Assembly: GCA_964016885.1 (NCBI GenBank)
Contig: OZ024766.1
Span: 10,540,001-10,604,000 of the forward strand
From: Eledone cirrhosa
Taxonomy: Eukaryota
Length of the DNA: 64,000 nucleotides
Reading direction: 5' to 3'
A program made the translations under genes and the position numbers. Below the pieces are notes generated by a model that was not told the DNA's origin, made no database searches, and saw nothing but the letters and a program-made list of their open reading frames with translations. Shown one piece after another: positions 14,436 through 29,030 of this stretch (position 1 is the stretch's first letter; every line of letters starts with the position of its first letter).

Positions 14436-15535
14436 TGAAGAAGCTTAAATAACTTTGAAGAGTCCAGGAGAAGATAGAAAAAGCTACAAGAAGGTAGAAG
14501 AAGCGTCAATTAGCCAGGAGAGGCCAGAGGGTGCTAGGAGAAGCTCGAAGAAGCCAGAAGAGGCCAGAGGAGGGTTAAAGAATCTTGAAGAAACTAGAAG
14601 GCGTCTGAAGAAGCCAGGAGGGACTTGAAGATGCTACAAGAAGCCAGGAGAGGCCAGAAGAGGCTACAAGAAGCCAGGAGAGGCCAGAAGATGCTACAAG
14701 AAGCCAGGAGAGGCCAAAAGAGGCCAAAAGAAGCTCGGTAAAGCTACAAGAAGCCTAAGAAGTCTGAAGAAACTACAAGGTGCTTGAAGAAACCAGGAAA
14801 AGGCGGATGAGGCCAGGAGGAACTTGAAGACGCTACAAGAAGCAAGAACAAGCTACGAGAAGTCAGAGGATGCTAGAAGAAGCTTGAAGAAGCCAGGAGA
14901 GGCCAGGGGATACCAGGGGATGCCAGGAGAGGCTTTAAGAAGCCATGAGAGACCAGGGGGTGCCAGAAGAAGCTTTAAGAAGCCATGAGAGACCAGGGGA
15001 TGCCAGAAGAAGCTTTAAGAACCCATGAGAGACCAGGGGACGCCAGAAGAAGCTTTAAGAACCCATGAGAGACCAGGGGACGCCAGAAGAAGCTTTAAGA
15101 AGCCACGAGAGACAAGGGGATGCCAGAAGAAGCTTTAAGAAGCCATGAGAGACCAGGGGATGCCAGAAGAAGCTTTAAGAAGCCATGAGAGACAAGGGGA
15201 TGCCAGAAGAAGCTTTAAGAAGCCATGAGAGACAAGGGGATGCCAGAAGAAGCTTTAAGAAGCCATGAGAGACCAGGGGACGCCAGAAGAAGCTTTAAGA
15301 AGCCATGAGAGACAAGGGGATGCCAGAAGAAGCTTTAAGAAGCCATGAGAGACCAGGGGACGCCAGAAGAAGCTGTAAGAAGCCATGAGAGACCAGCGGA
15401 TGCCAGAAGAAGCTTTAAGAAGCCAGGAGAGGCCAGGGATTGCCAGGAGAAGCCACAAGAGGCCTAAGGAGGCCTAAATAATCTTGAAGAAGCTAGAATA
15501 ACTCTGAAGAAACTACAAGAATCTCGAAGAAGCTA
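14435..15535. repeat. Degenerate 10-bp-periodic repeat with 60-bp higher-order units (14930-15430)
   Basis: tgccagaagaagctttaagaagccatgagagaccagggga repeats. Confidence 0.85.
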
Positions 15536-15814
15536 CATATAGCTGTTATTGCTGTTTTTACTCATTCGAAATTGTTACCATCTTGCTGTGACAAGAAACA
15601 CATTATTAGAAGGCAATTACAGAAAATTGCCTTTCCAACTGTCAAGATTCGGCGGAATTCTTGCTGGTAAAGCTCGGAGCAATCTCTAAGAGAATGCCAC
15701 AGTAAATTATAGACAAGTTAACAGACACAGAGATGGGTTGGTAAAATTGTTAAATTGGATTTTCTGAGCGTATTATATAAACAGGATTGGAATAGTGGCT
15801 TCGACATGTGATAA

Positions 15815-16445
15815 CTGGTTTGGTGTGGTGGTGTGGTATGGTGTTGTGTGGTGTTGTGTGTGTGTTGTGGTGTGGTGTGGTGCTGTGGTGTTGTGGTGTG
15901 GTGGTGTTGTGTTGGTGGTGGTGTTGTGGTGTGGTGGTGTTGTGGTGGTGTTGTGTGTTGTGTTGTGGTGTGGTGTGGTTGTGTTGGTGGTTGTGGTGTG
16001 GTGGTGTTGTGTGTGGTAGTGTGGTGTCGTGTGTGGTGGTGTGGTGGTGTGGTGTGGTGTGGTATGGTGTGGCGCTGTGGTGAGGTGAGGTGTTGTGGTC
16101 GTGGTGAGGTGAGGTGTTGTGGTCGTGGTGAGGTGAGGTGTTGTGGTGGTGGTGCGGTGTGGTGGTGTGGCGGTGTGTGTGGCGGTGTGTGTGGCGGTGT
16201 GGTGAGGTGGTGTGATGGACCAGTGTGTTTTGGAGGTTATGTTGGTGGTTGTGTCTAGTGGGGGATTATATGCGAGAGGTGAGGGGGGTTATATGTGTGT
16301 GGAGGGAGGGGGGTTATATGTGTGTGGGGGGATGGGGGCTTATATGTGTGTGGGGGGATGAGGGCTTATATGTGTGTGGGGGGATGGGGGCTTATATGTG
16401 TGTGGGGGGATGGGGGATTATATGTGTGTGGGGGGGAAGGTTATG
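15815..16445. repeat. (GTG/TGT) low complexity followed by ~29-bp G-run repeat
   Basis: Direct reading. Confidence 0.9.
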
Positions 16446-16482
16446 TTGGCAATATCAGAGATCGATGGAAGGAGAGAGAGAG

Positions 16483-16558
<76 letters not shown>

Positions 16559-16729
16559 GGTGAAGAGGAGAAGATTATGTGTTTGTAAAACGACGGGTGA
16601 TAGTTTGATGCAGATTGAGAGTATATATATATATATATATGTTTGTGTGTGTGTATATATGTGTATATACACATATATATGTCTATATATATGTAAATAC
16701 ATATATGTCTATATATATGTATATATATG

Positions 16730-16766
<37 letters not shown>

Positions 16767-16810
16767 GTATATATATATGTCTATATATATGTATATATAT
16801 GTATATAAAT

Positions 16811-16843
<33 letters not shown>

Positions 16844-16909
16844 AATGTATATATATATATATATATATATGTATATAAATGTATATATATATATATATGT
16901 ATATAAATG

Positions 16910-16940
<31 letters not shown>

Positions 16941-16961
16941 GTATATATATATATGTATATA

Positions 16962-17020
<59 letters not shown>

Positions 17021-17055
17021 GTATATAAATGTGTATATATATGTATATAAATGTG

Positions 17056-17094
<39 letters not shown>

Positions 17095-17166
17095 GTCTAT
17101 ATATATGTATATATATATATAGAGATATATATACACATATGTATACATATATACACACATATATCC

Positions 17167-17200
<34 letters not shown>

Positions 17201-17708
17201 GCATGTATATACATATATACATATACATATATATGCATGTATATACATATATATATATACATATATATGCATGTATATACATATATATATACATATATAT
17301 ATACACATATATATATATATATATACACATATATATACATATATATACACATATATATACATATATATACATATATATACATATATATATGTATATATAT
17401 ACATATATATATACATATATATACATATATATATGTATATATATACATATATATATACATATATATATACATATATATATACATATATATATACATATAT
17501 ATACATATATATATACATATATATATACATATATATATACATATATATATACATATATATATACATATATATACATGTATACACACTTCAACAGCATTTT
17601 AATAAATGTGCATACAATTTTTGGGGACACCCAGCATTTGTGTGCACGAGATTTAAAATTCATATGTGCTTGAATGTGTCAACATAATCAAAGGTCCCCC
17701 CTCTCTCT

Positions 17709-17758
<50 letters not shown>

Positions 17759-18475
17759 TATATATGCATATATATATATAAATATATATAAATATATATA
17801 TATACATATATATATGCATATATATAAATTTATACACATATATATAAATATATATATATATAAATATATACATATATATATATATAAATATATACATATA
17901 TATATATATATAAATATATACATATATATATATATATAAATATATACATATATATATATATAAATATATATTCATAAATATATATAAATATATATATATA
18001 CATATATACATACATATATAATATACATATATATACATACATATATAATATACATATATATACATACATATATAATATACATATATACATACATATATAA
18101 TATACATATATATATACATATATAATATACAAATATATATACATATATAATATACATATATATATACATATATATATACATATATAATATACATATATAT
18201 ATACATATATATATACATATATATATAGATTATATATATATATAATATATATATATTATATATATATATTATATATATAATATATATATATTATATATAT
18301 ATTATATATATAATATATATATATATTATATATATATATATTATATATATAATATACATATATATATATTATATATATTATATATATATTATATATATAT
18401 ATTATATATATATATATACACACAAATATGTATATATATTTATATGATGTTTATAAGCATATATACATGTGTGTG

Positions 18476-18540
<65 letters not shown>

Positions 18541-18820
18541 GAGTGTTTAGATATATACATCATACACACATACACAAACGCACGCACACGTTTGGGCCCG
18601 TAGATACAAATCGAAGCTAGAAAACCCGTCAATCGGTGCATGGAACAAAAATTTCCGTCTCAACGCCTTTCAGATATCTATATATTTTAATGTGTAGCTA
18701 GAAATGGCGAGCTTTGTGCAATGTAGCGTGTGACGTTGTCGGACGATCACTCTGTGTGAAGTCTACCATGAAAATTCAAATTTTCCGTTAAATATTCACT
18801 ATTTAACGCTTTCAGTTTTG

Positions 18821-18848
18821 TACGAGGGACCTTCAAAAAGTTCGTGGT
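18821..18848 (+). mobile_element. mariner-like terminal inverted repeat remnant
   Basis: TA|CGAGGGACCTTCAAAAAGTTCGTGG resembles mariner TIRs; no partner TIR or transposase seen. Confidence 0.35.
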
Positions 18849-19645
18849 AAAAGGACAGCTTGGATAAAGGAGAGTTGGATAAAGGATACTTTGGGAAAAA
18901 GGGTAGTTTGGGAAAAAGGAGAGTTTGAAAAAAGGAGAGTTTGGGAAAACGACAGCTTGGAAAAAGGAGAGTTTGGAAAAAGGAGCGTTTGGGAAAACGA
19001 CAGCTTGGAAAAAGGAGAGTTTGGTAAAAGGAGAGTTTGGTAAAAGGAGAGTTTGGTAAAAGGTGAGTTTGGTAAAAGGTGATTTGGTAAAAGGTGAGTT
19101 TGGTAAAAGGACAGCTTGGAAAAAGGAGAGTTTGGTAAAAGGTGAGTTTGGGAAAAGGACTGCTTGGAAAAAGGAGAGTTTGGTAAAAGGACTGCTTGGA
19201 AAAAGGAGAGTTTGGTAAAAGGTGAGTTTGGTAAAAGGTGAGTTTGGTAAAAGGTGAGTTTGGTAAAAGGTGAGTTTGGTAAAAGGTGAGTTTGGTAAAA
19301 GGTGAGTTTGGTAAAAGGTGAGTTTGGTAAAAGGTGAGTTTGGTAAAAGGTGAGTTTGGTAAAAGGTGAGTTTGGTAAAAGGACTGCTTGGAAAAAGGAG
19401 AGTTTGGAAAAAGGAGAGTTTGGAAAAAGGAGAGTTTGGTAAAAGGTGAGTTTGGTAAAAGGTGAGTTTGGTAAAAGGACTGCTTGGAAAAAGGAGAGTT
19501 TGGTAAAAGGTGAGTTTGGAAAAAGGTGAGTTTGGTAAAAGGTGAGTTTGGTAAAAGGTGAGTTTGGTAAAAGGTGAGTTTGGTAAAAGGTGAGTTTGGA
19601 CTAAAAGGTGAGTTTGGTAAAAGGAGAGTTTGGACTAAAAGGTGT
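18845..19645. repeat. 16-bp minisatellite ggtaaaaggtgagttt
   Basis: Direct reading. Confidence 0.95.
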
Positions 19646-19907
19646 TTACATAAAATTATGATGGAATGTTTTTAGATAAATATAAATACTTTTAAATAAC
19701 TAGCAGAAAAATCACCCAACGGGTGGTTTTCTGCGAGCATGTGTAGTGTGTATATTGATATTATACACAAGTATATATACATGTAAATATGATACATCAA
19801 ATAAAATCGTAATTGACAATATACACAGAAATTGAACAAAGCCTATGTTACACTGTCTTCTGTAATCAGTAATCCATGATATATTAAAAGAAAGGCGACA
19901 TTGTTGA

Positions 19908-20086
19908 TTGGCAGTATCGGTAGAGGGTCGGACGCCATGCTTTCCAGCATAGTTACGTCCCTTTACGATCTGAGTTCAAATCCCGCCGAGGTTGACTTGG
20001 CCTTTCATCCTTACGGGGTCGATAAAATAAAGTACCAGTAATGTACTGGGTAATTGCTGGCCTTGTGCCAAAAGTAGAAACAATTA
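19908..20086 (+). mobile_element. tRNA-derived SINE (dominant family)
   Basis: A box TGGCAGTATCGG, B box GAGTTCAAATCC, body gcctttcatccttacggggtcgataaaataaagtaccagt. Confidence 0.85.
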
Positions 20087-20267
20087 TATATAAACTGCAT
20101 TAGCGACGGAAATATATGCGATTATAAGTGTTATAATATAACGGCCGCTAACCGGAAGTGTTGACATTTGACAATTTTAAAGAAGTGAATCTTTAAATAA
20201 GCTATAAAATATATTTAATCAACAGCTACGAAATTTAGTAGATAAATTATGTAATATTCATTCATTA

Positions 20268-20446
20268 TTTGGCAGTATCGGTAGAGAGTTGGATTATGCT
20301 TTCCAGCATAGTTACGTCCCTTTACGATCTGAGTTCAATTCCCGTCGAGGTTAACTTTGCCTTTCATCCTTACGGGGTCGATAAAATAAAGTACCAGTAA
20401 TGCACTGGGTTATTGCTGGCCTTGTGCCTAAAGTAGAAACAATTAT
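20268..20446 (+). mobile_element. tRNA-derived SINE
   Basis: Same family as 19908-20086. Confidence 0.85.
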
Positions 20447-20916
20447 TTATTCAAAGTAATCCAACTTATTTTACAAACGGGGTAAAAAAATATACTCTGG
20501 ACGCAATCCCACAGACCTTCCTTTATTATAGTTAAGATTTTTTGATCATAGAACCAGGGGTGTTTGGAACATAACTTAACAGGGGTTCTTACATAAAACT
20601 ATGATGGAAGGGTTTTAGATAAATATAAACACTTTAAAACAAAATTTTGTATCATAGAGCCAGGGGTGTTTGGAACATAACTTAATAGAGGTTCTTACAT
20701 AAAATTATGATGGAAGTTTTTTTTTTAGATAAATATGAACTCATTAACGTGATGTTTGGAACATAACTTAAAGGTTCTTGTATTAAAATTATGAGGAAAG
20801 GTTTTTAGATAAATGGAAACAGTTTTAGATAAATATAAACAGTTTTGTATCATAGAACCAGAGGTGTTTGGATCATAACTTAACGAAGGTTTTTCATAAA
20901 ATTACGATGGAAACTG

Positions 20917-21165
20917 TTATATTTGGGGAGAGTCATGTCTTAATATGCCCAGAAAAATATAGTAAAACACATTCACTGTTTGATTTGGTCTTCGCTTCAT
21001 TTCAGTATATTTTTATATTTCTATAAACAATTTAGCTGGCAATCAATGTTTAACATTGATTGACTAACAGTTACAAATATATATAAAATTTCTCAAACTT
21101 CTTTCGCCACACATTTTTCGAGACATCTTCAGTGATTATCACCATTTCCTTCCGTTTTGTTTCTA
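20917..21165 (-). mobile_element. Penelope-like pLTR family ending ...atgaccctccccaaatataaca
   Basis: HHR-like TCA-CTGAAGA-TGTC...GGC-GAAA at 21092-21136. The same 3' terminus recurs at 22302-22323, 23271-23330, 30525-30600 and 61500-61521, next to (TA)n. Confidence 0.55.
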
Positions 21166-21299
21166 GTTTTTAGATAAATATAAATACTAAGATAAAAAGC
21201 TTTGTATCATAGAGCCAGGGGTGTTTAACACATGACTAGGGGCTGGTTGGAATCGAAAGGTTTAGGAGATATTCAATACTCTTAAATTCAAACTGTCTG

Positions 21300-21311
21300 T
21301 CTAACTACCTA

Positions 21312-21357
<46 letters not shown>

Positions 21358-21652
21358 CCTACCAATCTATCTATCTATCTACCTCTCTATATATCTACCT
21401 ATCTATCTACCTACCTACCTACCTACCTACCTACCTACCTACCTACCTACCTACCTACCTACCTATATATCTACCTACCTATATACCTACCTACCTATAT
21501 ACCTACCTACCTACCTACCTACCTACCTACCTATATACCTACCTACCTACCTACCTACCTACCTACCTACCTACCTACCTACCTACCTACCTACCTACCT
21601 ATATATCTACCTACCTACCTACCTACCTACCTACCTACCTACCTACCTACTT
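21300..21652. repeat. (CTAT)n/(CTAC)n microsatellite
   Basis: Direct reading. Confidence 0.95.
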
Positions 21653-22099
21653 ATGTATGTAGGTATTTATCTATATTTCTAACCGTTGGTCAATCAACGA
21701 TAACCATTGATTGTCAGCTAAATTAACTATAGAGGTATAAAATATACAGAAGTGAAAACCAACCCAAACCAAAGAGTGAGTGTGTTTTATTATATATTTC
21801 TGGCAATATTATAACAATATAAAGGGTGGTAGCTTGGCAATATTATAACAATATAAAGGGTGGTAGCTTGGCAATATTATAACAATATAAAGGGTGGTAG
21901 CTTGGCAATATTATAACAATATAAAGGGTGGTAGCTTGGCAATATTATAACAATATAAAGGGTGGTAGCTTGGCAATATTATAACAATATAAAGGGTGGT
22001 AGCTTGGCAATATTATAACAATATAAAATAAAGCACCAGTATTACACTGGGATAATTGCTGGCCTTGTGCCAAAAGTAGAAACAATTATAACAATATCA

Positions 22100-22292
22100 A
22101 GGGTGGTAGCTTGGCAGTATCAGTAGAGGGTCGGACGCCATGCTTTGCAGCAAAGAGTTACGTCCCTTTACGGTCTGAGTTCAAATCCCGCCGAGGTTAA
22201 CTTTGCCTTTCATCCTTACGGGGTCGATAAAATAAAGTACCAGTAATACACTGGGGTTATTGCTGGCCTTGTGCCAAAACTAGAAACAATAT
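22100..22292 (+). mobile_element. tRNA-derived SINE, full length
   Basis: Same family; preceded by a 34-bp x ~6.5 tandem of its 5' junction (21802-22027). Confidence 0.85.
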
Positions 22293-22319
22293 TATAACAA
22301 TATGACCCTCCCCAAATAT

Positions 22320-22369
<50 letters not shown>

Positions 22370-22370
<1 letters not shown>

Positions 22371-22589
22371 CACCGACATCCAGAGTTGACATTGCACTCA
22401 GTGCTCCTTTGGGAGCCCCTACATGGACACACTAGAAGAGGAAGACCAAGGTTAACGTATGTTGATGCCCTAAGGACAGACACTGGTCTATTGGAGACGC
22501 AGGACATGGCAGCGATAATGAGGGACAGAGACCGCTGGAGAGAACTCGTCCATGGATCTCGGGAATTTTACCCGCCTTAGAATAGAAAA

Positions 22590-22593
<4 letters not shown>
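22370..22593 (+). mobile_element. RTE LINE 3' fragment, same family
   Basis: Near-identical to the reverse complement of 699-911; tail aatagaaaagaa; inside (TA)n. Confidence 0.92.
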
Positions 22594-22629
<36 letters not shown>

Positions 22630-22630
<1 letters not shown>

Positions 22631-22843
22631 GTAGTAACGTGCTTACGCCGTATTTAACTAAATAGAATCAGTCTGTTAGTTGGGGTTTAAAAAAACCCCT
22701 CTGAATGAACCAAAGATGTGGGGTCGGCAAACCAAAGATGTGGGTTCGTGACCCATGTACGTCAGTACTCATCCTTTTTAAAGACCACAACTAACAGACT
22801 AATTATATTTAGTCAAATACGGCGTAAGCACATGTTACGACCT
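22630..22843. repeat. Imperfect inverted repeat (~65-bp arms) after a (TA)n tract
   Basis: gtaacgtgcttacgccgtattt... / ...aaatacggcgtaagcacatgttac. Confidence 0.6.
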
Positions 22844-23019
22844 AATTTTCAAATTCGCTAGCCCTTTTCTAAACAAAGCCTTTTGTGTCTTTTACAAAAC
22901 GTTTTTTTTTTCCATTTCAGGTAGACGCGCTCCATCATCCACTTTTCTAAAAAACAAATCATACACAAAACACCAGCACCAACAGTTTTCCAAGAGATGT
23001 CAACATGAATGGATCTGTT

Positions 23020-23216
23020 ATTTTTTATCTAAAGACATTTTTTCCAATTCCAACCCGCCCGTCCCTTCAATCTATGTTATTTCCCATTCTTTCTTTTGAT
23101 GAAGGACTAGCGTCCGAAATGTTAAGACCCTCTTCCTGCTATATCAGGCGTTAACCAAATATATCCCTTCCATATACTGTACCGATTGTGTTGTTATTTC
23201 TGTTTACCTTTTACAT
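23020..23216 (+). mobile_element. Penelope-like pLTR fragment (family D, copy 2)
   Basis: Homologous to 1798-2003. 23092-23127: TCTT-tTGATGA-AGGAC tagc GTCC-GAAAtGTT-AAGA. Confidence 0.72.
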
Positions 23217-23217
23217 A

Positions 23218-23274
<57 letters not shown>

Positions 23275-23409
23275 ATACTTGGGGAGGGTCATATTTGCGT
23301 AATATTGCCAAAATTAATAACAGAATTAATAACAGAATTAATAATATATAATATAATATATATATATCTTTGTTATGGCTTTGATATTTCGATGTAAATG
23401 TTAAGAAAA

Positions 23410-24079
23410 TCTAAACTATAATAAAGTAAGAAGCGCGGGACTGCGTACGGTTTATACTTTTTTATCCTCTTAGTAAAATAAGTTGGATTACTTTGAATAA
23501 ATAATGAATGAATATTACATAATTTATCTACTAAATTTCGTGGCTGTTCATTAAATATATTTTATTACTTATTTAAAGATTCACTTCTTTAAAAATTTCA
23601 AATGTCAACACTTCCGGTGGCGATCACTTAAATAAACATTAATTTTCTGTCACTAATTTTCTCCTAATGCAGTTTATATATAATATCATCTTTTTTAATG
23701 TATCATGGATTACGTTACTGATTAAATAAGAGAGCGTAACACAGTCTTCGTTCAATTTCTGTGTATTATATATTATCAATTACGATTTTATTTGATGTAT
23801 CATATCTACATGTATATATACTTGTGTATAATATCAATATACACACTACACATGCTAGCAGATATATAATATCGTCTGTTTTTAATGTATCATGGATTAC
23901 GTTACTGATTACATAAGACAGTGTAACACAGTCTTCGTTCAATTTCTATGTATTATATATTATCAATTACGATTTTATTTGATGTATCATATCTACATGT
24001 ATATATACTTGCGTATAATATCAATATACACACTACACATGCTAGCAGAAAACCACCCGAAGGGTCGTTTTTCTGCTAG
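23410..24079 (+). mobile_element. Non-autonomous Helitron, same family, with internal ~185-bp duplication
   Basis: 5' TCTAAACTATAATAAAG; 3' hairpin plus CTAG; homologous to 19700-20537. Confidence 0.8.
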
Positions 24080-26190
24080 CATGGTATTAACGGTGGTGGT
24101 GGTGTTTGTGATGGTATTAACGATGGTGGTGGTGGTGGTGGTGGTGGTATTTGTGATGGTATTAACGATGGTGGTGGTGGTGGTGGTGGTGTCTGTGATG
24201 GTATTAACGATGGTGGTGGTGGTGGTGGTGGTATTTGTGATGGTATTAACGGTGGTGGTGGTGGTGGTGGTGGTGGTATTTGTGATGGTATTAACGATGG
24301 TGGTGGTGGTGGTATTTGTGATGGTATTAACGATGGTGGTGGTGGTGGTATTTGAGATGGTGATGGTGGTGGTGGTGGTGGTGGTGGTATTTGTGATGGT
24401 ATTAACGATGGTGGTGGTGGTGGTGGTGGTGGTGGTATTTGTGATGGTATTAACGATGGTGGTGGTGGTGGTGGTGGTGGTATTTGTGATGGTATTAACG
24501 ATGGTGGTGGTGGTGGTGGTGGTATTTGTGATGGTATTAACGATGGTGGTGGTGGTGGTGGTGGTATTTGTGATGGTATTAACGATGGTGGTGGTGGTGG
24601 TGGTGGTGTTTGTGATGGTATTAACGGTGGTGGTGGTGGTGGTGGTGGTGGTGGTGTTTGTGATGGTATTAACGATGGTGGTGGTGGTGGTGGTGGTGGT
24701 GGTGGTGTTTGTGATGGTATTAACGATGGTGGTGGTGGTGGTGGTGGTGGTATTTGTGATGGTATTAACGATGGTGGTGGTGGTGGTGGTGGTATTTGTG
24801 ATGGTATTAACGATGGTGGTGGTGGTGGTGGTGGTGTTTGTGATGGTATTAACGATGGTGGTGGTGGTGGTGGTGGTGTCTGTGATGGTATTAACGATGG
24901 TGGTGGTGGTGGTTGTGGTATTTGTGATGGTATTAACGGTGGTGGTGGTGGTGGTGGTGGTATTTGTGATGGTATTAACGATGGTGGTGGTGGTGGTGGT
25001 GGTGGTGGTATTTGTGATGGTATTAACGATGGTGGTGGTGGTGGTGGTGGTGGTGTTTGTGATGGTATTAACGGTGGTGGTGGTGGTGGTGGTGGTGGTG
25101 GTATTTGTGATGGTATTAACGATGGTGGTGGTGGTGGTGTTTGTGATGGTATTAACGATGGTGGTGGTGGTGGTGGTGGTGGTATTTGTGATGGTATTAA
25201 CGATGGTGGTGGTGGTGGTGGTGGTGGTGGTATTTGTGATGGTATTAACGATGGTGGTGGTGGTGGTGGTGGTATTTGTGATGGTATTAACGATGGTGGT
25301 GGTGGTGGTGGTGGTGGTGTTTGTGATGGTATTAACGGTGGTGGTGGTGGTGGTGGTGGTGGTGGTGTTTGTGATGGTATTAACGACGGTGGTGGTGATG
25401 GTGGTGGTGGTGGTGTTTGTGATGGTATTAACGACGGTGGTGGTGGTGGTGGTGGTGGTGTTTGTGATGGTATTAACGATGGTGGTGGTGGTGGTGGTGG
25501 TGGTGGTGTCTGTGATGGTATTAACGATGGTGGTGGTGGTGGTGTCTGTGATGGTATTAATGGTGGTGGTGGTGGTGGTGGTATTTGTGATGGTATTAAC
25601 GATGGTGGTGGTGGTGGTGGTGGTGGTATTTGTGATGGTATTAACGATGGTGGTGGTGGTGGTGGTGGTATTTGTGATGGTATTAACGACGGTGGTGGTG
25701 GTGGTGGTGGTGGTGGTATTTGTGATGGTATTAACGATGGTGGTGGTGGTGGTGGTATTTGTGATGGTATTAACGATGGTGGTGGTGGTGGTGGTGGTAT
25801 TTGTGATGGTATTAACGATGGTGGTGGTGGTGGTGGTGGTGGTATTTGTGATGGTATTAACGATGGTGGTGGTGGTGGTGGTATTTGTGATGGTATTAAC
25901 GATGGTGGTGGTGGTGGTGGTGGTGGTGGTGGTGGTGGTGGTGTTTGTGATGGTATTAACGGTGGTGGTGGTGGTGGTGGTGGTATTTGTGATGGTATTA
26001 ACGGTGGTGGTGGTGGTGGTGGTGGTGTTTGTGATGGTATTAACGGTGGTGGTGGTGGTGGTGGTGGTATTTGTGATGGTATTAAAGATGGTGGTGGTGG
26101 TGGTGGTGGTGGTATTTGTGATGGTATTAACGGTGGTGGTGGTGGTGGTGGTGGTGGTATTTGAGATGGTATTAATGGTGGTGGTGGTGG
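24080..26190. repeat. Minisatellite tttgtgatggtattaacgat(ggt)n
   Basis: Constant anchor plus variable GGT run. Confidence 0.97.
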
Positions 26191-26354
26191 TTGAGGCGGT
26201 GTCGCGTTCGAACCAGGCGGCGGTGGCGGAGTGATTAATACTTAGTGTATGATAGATGCTGTGTTCTCAACGGCCACACCCACAAGGGTCAAAGGTCAAA
26301 CCACCAAATAGTACTTACTGCTGACCTCTGGCAAACATGAAAGAGATAAGCTGT

Positions 26355-26422
26355 GTGTATACATCTATCTACACACATACATATATATATATATATATAT
26401 GGATATGTATATGGATGCATAT

Positions 26423-26453
<31 letters not shown>

Positions 26454-26498
26454 CATATACACATATATATATATATGGATATGTATATGGATGCATAT

Positions 26499-26529
<31 letters not shown>

Positions 26530-26538
26530 CATATACAC

Positions 26539-26570
<32 letters not shown>

Positions 26571-26737
26571 ATATATATATATACATATACACACATATAT
26601 ATATATACACATATATATATATATACATATACACACATATATATATATACATATACACATATATATATATATACATATACACATATATATATATATACAT
26701 ATACACATATATATATATATATATATACATATACACG

Positions 26738-26771
<34 letters not shown>

Positions 26772-26774
26772 CAC

Positions 26775-26813
<39 letters not shown>

Positions 26814-26816
26814 CAC

Positions 26817-26857
<41 letters not shown>

Positions 26858-26860
26858 CAC

Positions 26861-26895
<35 letters not shown>

Positions 26896-26896
26896 T

Positions 26897-26929
<33 letters not shown>

Positions 26930-26952
26930 AATATACACACATATATAAATAT

Positions 26953-26995
<43 letters not shown>

Positions 26996-27170
26996 TAAAT
27001 ATATATATATATAAATATACACACATATATATATACATATATATACACATATATATATATATACACACATATATATATATACACACATATATATATATAT
27101 ATACACACATATATATATATATACACACATATATATATATATACACACATATATATATACATATACACAC

Positions 27171-27201
<31 letters not shown>

Positions 27202-28812
27202 TATATATACATATACACACACATATATACATATACACACACATATATATACATATACACACATATATATATACATATACACACATATATATACATATAC
27301 ACACATATATATACATATACACACATATATATACATATACACACATATATATACATATACACACATATATATACATATACACACATATATATACATATAT
27401 ACATATATATACACATATATATATATACACATATATATACACACATATATATATACACATATATATATATATATACATATACACATATATATACATATAC
27501 ACATATATATACATATATACATATACACATATATATACATATATACATATACACACATATATATATATATATATATACATATACACATATATATATATAT
27601 ATATATACATATACACACATATATATACATATACACATATATATACATATATACATATACACATATATATACATATATACATATACACACATATATATAT
27701 ATATACATATACATATACACATATATATATATATATACATATACACATATATATATATACATATACACATATATATATATACATATACACATATATATAC
27801 ATATACACATATATATATACATATACACACATATATATATATATACACACATATATATATATATACATATACACACATATATATATATATACATATACAC
27901 ATATATATATACATATACACATATATATATATACATATACACATATATATATACATATACACATATATATATACATATACACATATATATACACATATAC
28001 ATATACACATATACACATATACACATATATATATAGACACATATACACATATATACACATATATATATACACATATATATATACATATATATATATATAT
28101 ACACATATATATATATACACACACATATATATATATATACACACACATATATATATATACACACACATATATATATATACACACATATATATATATACAC
28201 ACACACATATATATATATACACACACATATATATATACACACATATATATATATATATATATACACATATATATATATATATACATATACACATATATAT
28301 ACATATACACATATATATATATATACATATACACATATATATATATATACACATATATATACATATACACATATATATATATACACATATATATACACAC
28401 ATATATATATATACATATACACATATATATACATATACACATATATATATATACACATATATATATATACACATATATATATATATACATATACACATAT
28501 ATATATACATATACACATATATATATATATACATATACACACATATATATATATATATACACACACATATATATATATATATATACACACATATATATAT
28601 ATACACATATATATATATATATACACATATATATATATATATACACATATATATATATGTATATATATAGATAGATATGAATATATGCGTATATATTTAT
28701 ATATGTGCATTAATATGTGTGTATATATTCTGTATTGTTCATTAAAAGCATAAATGCATATATATATACACACACACACACACATATAGACACATTTGTG
28801 TGTGTGTGTGTG

Positions 28813-28865
<53 letters not shown>

Positions 28866-28980
28866 ATATATATATTTGTATAGCTTATTTCTTATATCAA
28901 TATACACGCACACATATGAATGTCATATATACAATACATGAATATACATACATAGATATATATATAAACACATTTTATAT

Positions 28981-29013
<33 letters not shown>

Positions 29014-29030
29014 CACAATGCACTATATTT
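26355..29030. repeat. Compound (TA)n/(CA)n microsatellite, representative of many
   Basis: Similar tracts at 270-700, 3995-6600, 8530-9450, 16620-18540, 40560-42590, 43445-46440, 51950-53720, 56130-58800, 60175-61010. Confidence 0.98.

Larger units (their letters stand above)
19700..20537 (-). mobile_element. Non-autonomous Helitron with two nested SINEs
   Basis: 5' TCTTAACTATAATAAAG; 3' hairpin gcagaaaaccaccc/gggtgatttttctgc followed by CTAG. Inserted between A and T without a TSD, interrupting a ~120-bp tandem repeat. Confidence 0.8.

Noticed and set aside
19908-19990. tRNA gene
   Set aside because: The A and B boxes belong to the multi-copy SINE head; no intact cloverleaf.
20917-20940. 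Solo LTR starting TGTTATA
   Set aside because: No matching CA terminus or TSD; opposite-strand HHR-like motif suggests a pLTR 3' end.
23892-26234. 780-aa poly-Val ORF
   Set aside because: Product of the GGT minisatellite; starts inside a Helitron.
26289-28785. Long Tyr/Ile/His ORFs here and throughout the window
   Set aside because: (TA)n/(CA)n microsatellite translations.
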